Shown here: positions 38,958 to 48,444 of the stretch, in pieces
Numbering within the stretch: position 1 is the first letter of the stretch
Layout of the letters: each line of letters opens with the position of its first letter
NCBI GenBank assembly: GCA_963923945.1
Contig: OZ000551.1
Location: 335,671-399,670 of the forward strand
Source of the DNA: Alphaproteobacteria bacterium
GTDB taxonomy: Bacteria; Pseudomonadota; Alphaproteobacteria; G963923945
Direction: 5' to 3'
Length of the DNA: 64,000 nt
Position numbers and translations under genes: made by a program
Notes under the pieces: model-generated
Told to the model about the DNA's origin: nothing
What the model saw: only the letters and a program-made list of their open reading frames with translations
Databases searched by the model: none

Positions 38958-39878
38958 ATGACTTCAGCGCCAACAATAAAAAAGAATTCAGCAAAAAAGC
39001 CGTCAAGCAAAAACCCTCCGGGTGTTATTGCTTTTCAGGGGATTGCAGGAGCCTACTCGGACCTGGCTTGTCGGGATGTTTTTCCCGCTCATCCGACCCA
39101 ACCTTGCCGATCTTTTGAAGAAACCCTTGAAGCGGTTCAATCGGCAAAAGCGGATATGGCGGTCATCCCGATTGAAAATGCTATTGCCGGACGGGTGGCT
39201 GAAATTCATCAGATTTTACCCCATACTGAACTCTCGATTATTGCCGAACATTATCAGCCGGTCAGCCATTGCCTGCTCGGGCTGCCCGGGGCGCGGATTG
39301 AGAATATCAGGACCATCCGCAGCCATATTCATGCTTTGTCGCAATGCCGGGACATTATTCGCGCGCTTGATTGTGCGGTGGTGGTCTCGGCAGATACCGC
39401 CGGTGCAGCCCTCGAAGTGGCCCAAGCAGGCGACCCATCGCAAGCGGCCATCGCGTCTTTCTTGGCCGCGGAAACCTATGGCTTGGATATCTTGAAAACC
39501 GCCGTTGAAGATGTGGCGGGCAATGTGACCCGCTTTTTGGTTTTGGCGCGCCAACCGCTACCCTCTCTGCCGTTATCAGAGCCGGTTATCACCAGCTTTA
39601 TCTTTTTTGTTCGCAATGTTCCGGCAGCCATTTACAAGGCATTAGGGGGATTTGCCACCAATGCGGTCAATATGACTCGTTTGGAAAGTTTCATGATCGG
39701 TGGCAGTTTCAGCCAAGCACAGTTTTTTGCCGATATTGAGGGGCAACCCGGCCAAGCAAGCGTTGATCTTGCTTTTGAGGAATTGCGCTTTTTCTCCCGT
39801 AAAGTCCGTATTTTGGGGACGTATCCCGCCCATCCTTTCCGGCGCCGTGATCCAAACAGTCCAAGCGATGCTGACTAG
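38958..39878 (+). CDS. pheA: prephenate dehydratase
   Basis: Start at internal Met (MTSAPTIKK). PDT domain (VIAFQGIAGAYSDLA, AVIPIENAIAGRV) and C-terminal ACT domain with TRF motif (GNVTRFLVLA). Confidence 0.85.
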   Translation: MTSAPTIKKNSAKKPSSKNPPGVIAFQGIAGAYSDLACRDVFPAHPTQPCRSFEETLEAVQSAKADMAVIPIENAIAGRVAEIHQILPHTELSIIAEHYQPVSHCLLGLPGARIENIRTIRSHIHALSQCRDIIRALDCAVVVSADTAGAALEVAQAGDPSQAAIASFLAAETYGLDILKTAVEDVAGNVTRFLVLARQPLPSLPLSEPVITSFIFFVRNVPAAIYKALGGFATNAVNMTRLESFMIGGSFSQAQFFADIEGQPGQASVDLAFEELRFFSRKVRILGTYPAHPFRRRDPNSPSDAD

Positions 39879-39883
39879 AAATT

Positions 39884-39948
39884 CACAGTAAAAATCTACA
39901 GCAAAAATCTACAGCAAAAATCTACAGTAAAAATCTGCGCTAAAAATC
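39884..39948. repeat. 13-bp imperfect tandem repeat (acagcaaaaatct) x about 5
   Basis: Direct reading, in the convergent gap between pheA and the membrane protein gene. Confidence 0.7.
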
Positions 39949-39976
39949 CGTCAGCAGTCAGATTTTTCTCATAGAA

Positions 39977-41173
39977 TCACTCAAACCAGAAAAACCAGCC
40001 ATACCCGACCAATAAGGCCGGAACGGCACTATACAATGTCGCAACAATCGCCGCACCAGGGGCAAGAGCAATCGCCGGGAACAACGCATCACCATCATTG
40101 GAAATGGCGTTACCAAGCTGAGCCGACAACGGCACAACCCCATTGAGATACAGGGTTGTGACCACCACCTGCGGACCACAACCAGGCAAAAAACCGACAA
40201 TGACCCCCAGCAAAGGGGCCAAAGCCGCAACCGCTTGAAAATAACTTTTGAGGTCAAAACCGGTAAAATAAATCAGGCTTTCATAGGCAAGAAAACCGCC
40301 AACAACCCAAACCGTCACGAAATTGGTATCGGCAATCACCCGGTTGCTGACCGGATCATCCGGTCGCACGGCGGTCGCAAAACCCATTGCTGGACCCGGC
40401 TGAGCCAACCACATCAGGATGCATAGGGCACCGCCAACAAAACCGATCATCATCGTTGGTCCATAAACCGCCAATGAGCCAAAGAAAGCGTCTGTCTCAA
40501 TTTGGGCGGCCGCCAAAACCCCCAAGATCATCCCTGGCCCCAACAGCATAAGCCAACCGCGCCGCAACAGCGAACCCAATAGAGGTTGATCTTGATCTTT
40601 ATCAGCAAAATGATCAACAGCACCAGGTGCTTTGGGGCGCAAAAAATCAGCATTATGGATGGCATCAACCACATAGCCGGAAACAGTCCCAACCACCAAA
40701 CTAAGCACAAAAATTGCCAGGCCGGTCAATGGCTCACGGGCCAATAATAGAAACGCCGCATCTCCCATAGTGGCGATTAAGACCGCAACCATAGAACCAA
40801 AACGCACCCGGCCGGTGATGTATTGGGTCATGACGATAATCGCCCCCCCACAACCAGGCAAGGCACCGAGAAAAGCCGCCAACGGCACTTGCCAAGAACG
40901 ATAACGGGCCATCAAAGAAGCGGTATCAATGCGCAAATGGCGCTCCAAAATATAAAAGATGAGCAAGGTTGCCGCGACAAAAACACTCACCTGCAGATAA
41001 GCGTCAGCAACACTGCTGATAACAATCTTGAAAAAGACCGGGTCAGCGGTCCCCAAGGCAAAAAATAAGCACAGCACAACCACCAGCTTGGCCGGAAGCG
41101 ACCAAGAAAAAACAACACCCGATTGGGATTCGCGTCTGAAATCCCGCCATAAACGAATGGCCTTTGCGACCAT
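39977..41173 (-). CDS. polytopic integral membrane protein with internal duplication (two LPGCG motifs); putative transporter of unknown family
   Basis: 398 aa, about 10 hydrophobic helices. Repeated motifs ALPGCGGAIIVMTQY and FLPGCGPQVVVTTLY indicate an inverted-repeat transporter architecture. Confidence 0.5.
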   Translation of the reverse strand: MVAKAIRLWRDFRRESQSGVVFSWSLPAKLVVVLCLFFALGTADPVFFKIVISSVADAYLQVSVFVAATLLIFYILERHLRIDTASLMARYRSWQVPLAAFLGALPGCGGAIIVMTQYITGRVRFGSMVAVLIATMGDAAFLLLAREPLTGLAIFVLSLVVGTVSGYVVDAIHNADFLRPKAPGAVDHFADKDQDQPLLGSLLRRGWLMLLGPGMILGVLAAAQIETDAFFGSLAVYGPTMMIGFVGGALCILMWLAQPGPAMGFATAVRPDDPVSNRVIADTNFVTVWVVGGFLAYESLIYFTGFDLKSYFQAVAALAPLLGVIVGFLPGCGPQVVVTTLYLNGVVPLSAQLGNAISNDGDALFPAIALAPGAAIVATLYSAVPALLVGYGWFFWFE

Positions 41174-41558
41174 GTCAAAGGCTCCCCATGGCTATAGCGC
41201 CATTGATGAAGGCGTTTTTATGCAACCTGAGTTCTCCAAACAAAAACTTAAAACCGCTTGAAACCTGTAAAACCCCATAATTTAAGACTGCAACCATCTG
41301 AAAATCTTGAAAACACGAACAGGCTGACCAAAATCAACTTGATGGCCAACCACTCAAGCGACAACATCATCAAACAACAGAATCAAACAGTATCGCGATA
41401 CGGTGTTGCAATTAAGAATGCGTCTTAATAACAGCAATTTAGACTAAGTATAAGACGCAGTATCTCCAAAAGGCAAGCCCTTTGAAATGAGAAAATAAAA
41501 CCGGCTTTCTCTTCAGAGAAAGCATTGCAAAATTATCTCTAAAGCGGGATAGTTCGGT

Positions 41559-41656
41559 TCGGGAGGCCGCCCACGGACGGTCATCTCGCCAACCCGGTCA
41601 GGTCCGGAAGGAAGCAGCCGTAACGAGTTTTGCCCGGGTCGTTGGTGCGGTCTCTC
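41559..41656 (+). ncRNA. ffs: signal recognition particle RNA (4.5S RNA)
   Basis: Contains the near-invariant SRP domain IV sequence GGUCAGGUCCGGAAGGAAGCAGCC. The 5' (gggaggccgcccacgg) and 3' (ggtgcggtctctc) ends can pair. A T-rich tract follows. It lies immediately upstream of dnaX as in many bacteria. Confidence 0.8.
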
Positions 41657-41878
41657 ATCTTTTATTTTTGAATATCCATTAACATTTTTGAACATCCATT
41701 AACAACGTACCCCATAAAAATGATTGGGCCATTGATACGTTATGCCCTTTTGAACGGTGATATGTTTTTAAGAATGGGAAAATCTTATCGCAATCTTATC
41801 AATGGTCTTTTATTGTTGGCTTTATTCCATTGAGACAATCAGAATGATGCGATCAGTTCTCTTTGCTTATGCCACCCC

Positions 41879-43396
41879 TTGAAAGGGCAAAAACATAAAG
41901 AGGGAAAAAACCTGCAGCCTTCTCCTTCCACTCCCTATCGGGTTCTGGCCCGCAAATACCGGCCAGAAACTTTCGCTGATCTGATTGGCCAAGATGTGCT
42001 GGTCAGAGTTTTGACCACCGCCATAGAACATGGGCGCCTGGCCCAGGCTTTTCTATTCACCGGGGTGCGTGGGGTCGGCAAAACAACCGCCGCGCGTATT
42101 CTGGCGCGTGCTTTAAATTGTGAAGGTCCTGGCGATCAAGAGGGTCCGCGTCAAGAGCCCTGCGGTCAGTGTTCCCATTGTCGGGATATTACCGAGGGAC
42201 GGCATGTCGATGTCATGGAAATGGACGCCGCTTCGCGTACCGGGGTTGATGACATTCGTGAAATCATTGAAGGCGCGCAGTATCGACCGGTTTCAGCTCG
42301 ATGCAAAGTCTATATCATTGATGAAGTGCATATGCTCTCCAAGAATGCTTTTAACGCTTTGCTGAAAACGCTTGAAGAGCCGCCGCCGCATATTGTTTTT
42401 ATTTTCGCGACCACCGAAATACGTAGGGTTCCGGTCACCGTGGTCTCACGCTGTCAACGCTTTGACTTGCGGCGGGTGGAAAGTGAGATCTTGGCCAGTC
42501 ATTTATGTGATATTGCCAAAAAAGAAGGGTTTGCCCTATCGGTCCAAGCCGCGGCCATGCTGGCCCGGGCCGCCGAAGGATCGGTCAGGGATGGCCTTTC
42601 GCTTCTGGATACAGCCATTTCCGGGGACGCTGATACAACCATTGATGCGGAAAATATTCAGGATATCTTGGGTCTCACTGATCGCAGCATCTTATTTGAC
42701 CTCTTGGATCATATGATGGCCGGTCGACCCAGAGAGGTTTTGGATCTCTATCAATCTTTGCTGAAAAACGGCAGTGATCCGGAGGTCATTTTGGGTGATC
42801 TGCTGGAATCGGTCCATTGGCTCACCCGGATGCGCATCACCCCGGTAATGGAAGAGCGGAATGATATCCCTGAGGAACAGATCAAACGTGGCAAGGACAT
42901 GGCACCTTCTTTGACCATACCGGTCCTCAGCCGGGCCTGGCAAATCTTGCTCAAAGGGTTTCAGGAAACCCGTCTCTCCCCCTCACCCGCAATCGCCGCA
43001 GAAATGGCCTTGATCCGCCTGACTTATGCCGCTGATATGCCTGATCCAGCCACTTTGATGCGTCGGATCAATGATCAAACACATTGTTCAGAACAACCAA
43101 GCTCAAACCGCGACCACCCTGCTATTGATACTCAAAAGACTACCAACCCAGAGACCGCAAACCGGGAAACTGAAAGTCATCCATCATCGACATCGGTGCC
43201 GGTTGAGCAATCGGACCCATCCCAGACTCCAGAATCTCACCCCCCTAAGACAGCAAACCAAGCCCATCAAGAGGCCACAAGTGGAAAAAGCAAAACCCAA
43301 AAAACCACCCGTCAACAGATTGAAACCAATCCCTTGGTGGATGCTGTCCTCACCCTGTTTCCCGGATCACAAATCAAAACCATCGCCCCAGAATGA
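41879..43396 (+). CDS. dnaX: DNA polymerase III subunit gamma/tau
   Basis: AAA+ Walker A (GVRGVGKTTAARILA), Zn module (CGQCSHCRDI), Walker B (YIIDEVHMLS), sensor (SRCQRF). Pro/Gln/Thr-rich C-terminal tail. Confidence 0.95.
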   Translation: MKGQKHKEGKNLQPSPSTPYRVLARKYRPETFADLIGQDVLVRVLTTAIEHGRLAQAFLFTGVRGVGKTTAARILARALNCEGPGDQEGPRQEPCGQCSHCRDITEGRHVDVMEMDAASRTGVDDIREIIEGAQYRPVSARCKVYIIDEVHMLSKNAFNALLKTLEEPPPHIVFIFATTEIRRVPVTVVSRCQRFDLRRVESEILASHLCDIAKKEGFALSVQAAAMLARAAEGSVRDGLSLLDTAISGDADTTIDAENIQDILGLTDRSILFDLLDHMMAGRPREVLDLYQSLLKNGSDPEVILGDLLESVHWLTRMRITPVMEERNDIPEEQIKRGKDMAPSLTIPVLSRAWQILLKGFQETRLSPSPAIAAEMALIRLTYAADMPDPATLMRRINDQTHCSEQPSSNRDHPAIDTQKTTNPETANRETESHPSSTSVPVEQSDPSQTPESHPPKTANQAHQEATSGKSKTQKTTRQQIETNPLVDAVLTLFPGSQIKTIAPE

Positions 43397-43483
43397 ATTT
43401 GACCTGCTCACCAGGCTTCTTATCCCGACTCATTCATCATCAACCCCTATTGACCAACCCCTCTATATAAGGAGAGCGAACCG

Positions 43484-43801
43484 ATGAAGAATATTTCTCA
43501 AATGTTGAAACAAGCCCAACAAATCCAAGAAAAAATGGCCGAAGCGCAAAGCAAGCTCAGTGAGATTGAAATCACCGGTGAGGCCGGCGGCGGCATGGTT
43601 GAGATCACCTTGAATGGTCAAGCCGCAGCCCAGCGGGTTAAGATTGATCCCAGCCTGGCTGATGATATTGAAATTTTAGAAGATCTGGTTGTTGCCGCCC
43701 TCAATGATGCACGGACCAAATTAGAGACCAAAATGGCCGAAGAAATGAGTGCGGTTACCGGTGGGGTTGATCTGCCGTTTGGTCTCAAAATGCCGTTTTA
43801 G
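43484..43801 (+). CDS. ybaB: nucleoid-associated protein YbaB/EbfC
   Basis: 105 aa with the characteristic N-terminus (MLKQAQQIQEKMAEAQSKL ... GEAGGGMVEITLNGQ). Confidence 0.9.
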   Translation: MKNISQMLKQAQQIQEKMAEAQSKLSEIEITGEAGGGMVEITLNGQAAAQRVKIDPSLADDIEILEDLVVAALNDARTKLETKMAEEMSAVTGGVDLPFGLKMPF

Positions 43802-43855
43802 GGTTCTTCCTTTTAGGGTTCTTCCTTTTAGGGTTCTTCCTTTTAGGGTTCTTGA
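43795..43855. repeat. 15-bp tandem repeat (ttttagggttcttcc) x about 4 spanning the ybaB stop codon
   Basis: Direct reading: gttttagggttcttccttttagggttcttccttttagggttcttccttttagggttcttgacg. Confidence 0.85.
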
Positions 43856-44475
43856 CGTGCCTTAATGATGGTTTGGATTCAGTGACCACGGATTCGCTTG
43901 AACGGCTGATTGATCTTTTTGCCGCTCTTCCGGGGTTGGGACCACGCTCGGCCCGCCGGGCGGTCCTTTATTTGATCCAGCGCCGTCAATCCTTGATCCC
44001 CCAATTCGTTCAAAACCTCAAGGAAGTTGCAGAAAAACTCTCCTTTTGCCAGTTTTGTAACAATCTTGACACCGTCAATCCTTGTACCATCTGTGCTGAT
44101 CCGCGCAGGGAAGAAACCATGCTGTGTGTGGTTGAAGATGTGGCCGATTTGTGGGCCCTCGAACGGGCTGGAATTTTCAAAGGACGCTACCATGTTCTGG
44201 GTGGCGTTCTTTCGGCAATGGACGGGGTCGGGCCGGAGGACTTACGCATCCCGCAACTGATTGCCCGCGCGCAATCAGCCAACATTCAAGAAGTGGTCCT
44301 GGCCACCAACGCCACCGTCGATGGTCAAACCACCGCTCATTATATCGCTGACCATTTGGGGGCGTTGGATATCACCGTGTCACGGCTGGCTCAGGGGCTG
44401 CCGGTGGGGGGTGAATTGGATTATCTTGATGCCGGGACGCTGACCGCTGCCTTGAAAGCCCGCCGCCGCCTTTAA
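43852..44475 (+). CDS. recR: recombination protein RecR
   Basis: HhH (LPGLGPRSARRAV), C4 zinc finger (CQFCNNL...CTICAD), Toprim domain. Start codon is non-ATG (TTG at 43852, or GTG at about 43882 giving MTTDSLERLI). Confidence 0.9.
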   Translation: MTCLNDGLDSVTTDSLERLIDLFAALPGLGPRSARRAVLYLIQRRQSLIPQFVQNLKEVAEKLSFCQFCNNLDTVNPCTICADPRREETMLCVVEDVADLWALERAGIFKGRYHVLGGVLSAMDGVGPEDLRIPQLIARAQSANIQEVVLATNATVDGQTTAHYIADHLGALDITVSRLAQGLPVGGELDYLDAGTLTAALKARRRL

Positions 44476-44549
44476 AAAAGTGATCATGTTTTTGCCCAAC
44501 ACCCGGTGGCCAACACCATCTTCGGTCGCTTGAAACATTGATGAAATCA

Positions 44550-45707
44550 TCACTTAAAATCGGCATCATTGGAAACCTGCTGTTGGGCTGTGATCATATC
44601 GATTGGACTCTCATCTTGACCGGGAGCAGCCTCATCACCCGCCGATAAGCCAGGCATCAGATCCAAATCAACAATCTGCTGACCGCGCCGATAGATTTTT
44701 TCGCCTGATTTTTCAATACCATCAATAACCGCATCGGCTTGATTGAAAGATTTGCGCAATTTGCTGATACGTTCAGTGATGCGCCGAACATCATCCAATA
44801 ATATACCGACTTCCTTCTGGATGCGCCCGGCTTGCTCACGCATCCGTTGATCGCGGATAATCGCCCGCATGGTACCGACAACCGCCCAAAATGTGGTTGG
44901 CGAAACGATGAGCACCCTTTTTTTGCGGGCCTCTTCGGTGAGGCCAGAATGATGGGCGTGAATTTCGGAATAAATCGCCTCACTGGGCACAAACATGAGG
45001 GCGAACTCGGCTGTTTCCCCGGAAATAATATATTTTTCAGCAATCGCCTTGATATGCCGCTTGATGCTGGCGGCAAAAGCCTTGCGATAACCTTCAAAGG
45101 ATACCGGATCGGTATGAGGAGAAATCAAGTCCCGATAGGCTTCAAGAGGAAATTTAGCATCAATTGCCACCGGTCCGGTGGGTGGCGGTATTTTGAGCAG
45201 ACAATCGGGCCGCTTGCCATTGCTCAACACAACCTGAAAATCATGATAGTCAAGAGGCAATTGATCACGTATGATATCTTCTAAACGTTCCTCACCAAAC
45301 CGACCCCGGGCTTGCTTATTGGAGAGAATATCGCGCAAATCGACCACCTGCTTTGATAAATCGGTCATATTGCGCTGGGCAGCATCAATGACCGCCAAAC
45401 GCTCCCCCAAAGCGGTGAGTTGGCTCTCATTTTTTTCAGCATTTTCCGATAAACTCTTACCAACCCGTGCCGTGACAGCATCCAAACGTTCATAAAGGGT
45501 GCGCCCCAGTTCTTTTTCTTGACTCTGGAGCTGCTCTCTCAATTGCCGATGAAGCAACTCTTGTGAGCGGGAAAGATGCTCTAAGTTTTGTTCAATATCA
45601 TACAGGTTGGCGTGAGGATGGGGCCGCCGCCACAGCCAAACCATCACAGTCAATAATGCGGCCAACACTACAATGGCGGCGACCGCGACAAGCCATATAA
45701 TATCCAT
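44550..45707 (-). CDS. rmuC: DNA recombination protein RmuC
   Basis: N-terminal TM then long coiled-coil, C-terminal RmuC nuclease-like region (FALMFVPSEAIY, VSPTTFWAVV). Confidence 0.85.
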   Translation of the reverse strand: MDIIWLVAVAAIVVLAALLTVMVWLWRRPHPHANLYDIEQNLEHLSRSQELLHRQLREQLQSQEKELGRTLYERLDAVTARVGKSLSENAEKNESQLTALGERLAVIDAAQRNMTDLSKQVVDLRDILSNKQARGRFGEERLEDIIRDQLPLDYHDFQVVLSNGKRPDCLLKIPPPTGPVAIDAKFPLEAYRDLISPHTDPVSFEGYRKAFAASIKRHIKAIAEKYIISGETAEFALMFVPSEAIYSEIHAHHSGLTEEARKKRVLIVSPTTFWAVVGTMRAIIRDQRMREQAGRIQKEVGILLDDVRRITERISKLRKSFNQADAVIDGIEKSGEKIYRRGQQIVDLDLMPGLSAGDEAAPGQDESPIDMITAQQQVSNDADFK

Positions 45708-45969
45708 CGTTATGACCAGCCCCTCGAATCATCGGTTGGCGACACCCGATGGCCTTTCTGTGTATAGGCCGCTTTATCTTTTAAATAAATCTTTGTCACC
45801 ATCCTCATCCGTTTCATCATCCCCTGTAAAAATCCATAGGTGATAAAAATGGTCATAGAGGATAAAATCACCACAATCAGAATCACCGCAACCAAAATCA
45901 TCATAACCAAAAATGCCCTTGAGGGTGATCATACCGACCATATCAATGATGCAATAACCAACCACCGTA

Positions 45970-46782
45970 ATGATAGATCAAAAAATCCATAACCAGGATA
46001 TCACGGCAGCGACTATTGGTCGCAATGGTGATCTTACTGGCCGCCGGGCCATTCTGCAGGGGCTGGCCAGCTATGGGATCATGGCCCCAACCATGATCAA
46101 CAGTATCATCAGCGATGCATCGGCTGGGTTGGGATCATCGCAGCCGATATATCCAGGCATCACCCGGCATCAGATCAGCCGGGATGATGACATCTCTCAA
46201 ATGCCGTGCATATATCCGTTGCCTTTTGGCTGCCATGATCAAGCAAGCGGCCCGCCGCCCCGGGGATTTTTTAAGGATGGATTTTTTAAGGATGGGTTTT
46301 TTAAGCCGGATCATCGAACCACGATCCAGCATGCTTTTCCCGAATTCCGATCATGGATAAACCAAAACCCAACAGAACAAGCCCAGGCCATCCATCACTG
46401 GTTTAACCAGGCCCCCTATCGTCCAGAGCCGGTGAAGCGCGCCTTATCCCTCCCGTCAGTATCACCGGCATCCTTCCTGAGACAAGGCGGTGACAGCGAA
46501 GATCATGCCTTTATGCGCTATCTGGCTTTGTTGCATCTGGGATTTCATCCTGAACGCTTGCGCATCACCGCCCTGGCCTTGCCAGCCAGTCGCCGGTCCA
46601 CTCCAAAGCGGTACCTCCACACCGTCTTATGCGTTTATTATAATCGTGATATCATGGTTCTTGATCCTTGGCATCCGGACCTCTATTCCCACCAAAACGT
46701 CTTTGGCTATCGACTGTTATTGATGTTCAATCATCAACGCCGATGGCTCTGTCGCCCACAAATGTTTGAAACAGGCGGTTAA
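45970..46782 (+). CDS. transglutaminase-like cysteine peptidase (BTLCP, COG3672) homologue with Tat-like signal; catalytic Cys apparently replaced by Ser
   Basis: RRAILQGLASYGIMA twin-arginine-like N-terminus. C-terminal region resembles the BTLCP core (GGDSEDHAFMRYLALLHLGF ... HTVLCVYY ... IMVLDPW) but with GDSED where the family has GDCED. Internal 15-bp tandem repeat encodes GFFKDGFFKDGFFK. Confidence 0.55.
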   Translation: MIDQKIHNQDITAATIGRNGDLTGRRAILQGLASYGIMAPTMINSIISDASAGLGSSQPIYPGITRHQISRDDDISQMPCIYPLPFGCHDQASGPPPRGFFKDGFFKDGFFKPDHRTTIQHAFPEFRSWINQNPTEQAQAIHHWFNQAPYRPEPVKRALSLPSVSPASFLRQGGDSEDHAFMRYLALLHLGFHPERLRITALALPASRRSTPKRYLHTVLCVYYNRDIMVLDPWHPDLYSHQNVFGYRLLLMFNHQRRWLCRPQMFETGG

Positions 46783-46796
46783 ACAGAGAGGTCCCC

Positions 46797-47327
46797 ATGA
46801 CCGCGCATTCCATCCTGATTGCTCCCCATCCGGCTCTCAAGACCGATTGCACCCCGATTGATCAGATTGATGACGGGGTGCGCTCCTTGATGGATGATCT
46901 CCTGGAAAGCATGCGCCAGGCTGATAACGGTATTGGTCTGGCGGCCCCGCAAATCGGTATCACTCGCCGGGTGGTGGTGATTGATCTGCATCAAGGCGAA
47001 CAGCCGGATGCAATTTTGAAAATGGCTAATCCTGAGGTGATCTGGTCGTCGGACACCCCAGCCATTCATGAAGAAGGCTGCTTATCCATCCCCGATTATT
47101 ATGCTGAGGTTGAACGATCGGCCAAAATCCGGGTCCGCTATCAGGACCAGACCGGCCAGACCCAAGAAACTGAGGCCGATGACTATCTGGCGGTCTGTCT
47201 GCAGCATGAGATTGATCATTTGAACGGCGTGTTGTTCATTGATCATCTCTCATCACTTAAACGCAATATTGCCCTGCGTAAGATGCGTAAGCTGAAAAAA
47301 AGTACCAACAAACCAGCCAAGACGTAG
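46797..47327 (+). CDS. def: peptide deformylase
   Basis: Motifs GIGLAAPQIG, EGCLSIP, QHEIDHLNG. Confidence 0.95.
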   Translation: MTAHSILIAPHPALKTDCTPIDQIDDGVRSLMDDLLESMRQADNGIGLAAPQIGITRRVVVIDLHQGEQPDAILKMANPEVIWSSDTPAIHEEGCLSIPDYYAEVERSAKIRVRYQDQTGQTQETEADDYLAVCLQHEIDHLNGVLFIDHLSSLKRNIALRKMRKLKKSTNKPAKT

Positions 47328-47460
47328 AAAGAGAGTCGGACATAAAAGAAAGTCGGACATAAAAGAGTCTTAGAGGGAAAAAACCCGCAAGCCCCATAGT
47401 TTTTCTTTCATGATCATGATCATGATGATCGGTATACAATCGGCACAACATTGGCATAAT

Positions 47461-48387
47461 ATGCGTATTGCTTATTTTGGAACCCCTGATTTTGCTATCC
47501 CAGGCTTGGCCACTTTGTGGGATCAAGGGCATGAGATTGCGGCAGTTTATACCCAGCCACCGCGTCCGGCTGGCCGCGGTCAAAAGCCACGCCCTTCGGC
47601 GGTTGAAGAATTTGGCCGTCGGCATGAGATTCCGGTTCAAACACCGACCAATCTCCATGAGTCAGTGGTTCAAGATGGCTTGCGTTCGCTTGATATTGCG
47701 GTGGCGGTGGTGGCTGCTTATGGTTTGATTTTGCCTTCGACAATCTTGGATATTCCGACCTTTGGTTGTTTGAATATTCATGCCTCTTTGCTGCCGCGTT
47801 GGCGCGGAGCGGCACCGATTGCACGGGCTATCCTGGCCGGAGATGATAAAACCGGTGTCACCATCATGCAGATGGAGGACGGTCTTGATAGCGGCCCCAT
47901 CCGGTTGGCGCAGGCGATCTCTTTGGATGGCCGGGAAACCGCCGCCAGCCTGCATGATCGCTTGGCAAAACTGGGCGGGCGGCTGATTGGTGATGTGGTT
48001 TTAGGACTGGAGAGTGGCCGCTTCCCGCCACAGCTTCAGCCCGATTCTGGAGTCACATATGCGCATAAATTGGATAAAGCCGAGGGTCATCTTGATTGGT
48101 CCGGGTCGGCGGTTGATCTTGAACGGCGTATCCGGGCTTTTTCCCCCCGGCCCGGGGCATGGTGTCGGGTCGCTTCAACGCAAGAGACCATCAAAATTCT
48201 TGAGGCTGTAGTGATTGCCCAAACAACCGATAACGCCCCAGGCACGGTCGTTGATGATCGCTTGACGGTTGCCTGTGGAGAGGGATGCCTCAGGGTTAGC
48301 CGCGCCCAACGCCCCGGCAAACGCCCCTTAGCCTCCGCCGACCTCTTGCGCGGTTGGTCGCTGGCAGCCGGAACCTGTCTCGAATAA
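47461..48387 (+). CDS. fmt: methionyl-tRNA formyltransferase
   Basis: Start at internal Met MRIAYFGTPDFA. Formyltransferase motifs (LNIHASLLPRWRGAAPI). Confidence 0.9.
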   Translation: MRIAYFGTPDFAIPGLATLWDQGHEIAAVYTQPPRPAGRGQKPRPSAVEEFGRRHEIPVQTPTNLHESVVQDGLRSLDIAVAVVAAYGLILPSTILDIPTFGCLNIHASLLPRWRGAAPIARAILAGDDKTGVTIMQMEDGLDSGPIRLAQAISLDGRETAASLHDRLAKLGGRLIGDVVLGLESGRFPPQLQPDSGVTYAHKLDKAEGHLDWSGSAVDLERRIRAFSPRPGAWCRVASTQETIKILEAVVIAQTTDNAPGTVVDDRLTVACGEGCLRVSRAQRPGKRPLASADLLRGWSLAAGTCLE

Positions 48388-48444
48388 GAAACCGTCTTGA
48401 ATAAGAAACCGTCTTGAATAACGCGAAAAGTTTGGACCCGCATC

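Noticed and set aside
37915-43860. Possibility that the short tandem arrays are CRISPR repeats
   Set aside because: Units are 12-15 bp, directly abutting with no spacers. Not CRISPR architecture.
45710-45965. Two small minus-strand ORFs (66 and 63 aa, Asp/Gly/Cys-rich) between rmuC and the BTLCP-like gene
   Set aside because: They overlap each other in different frames, have no RBS or homology I can recognise, and lie in a likely promoter region. Kept only as a note.
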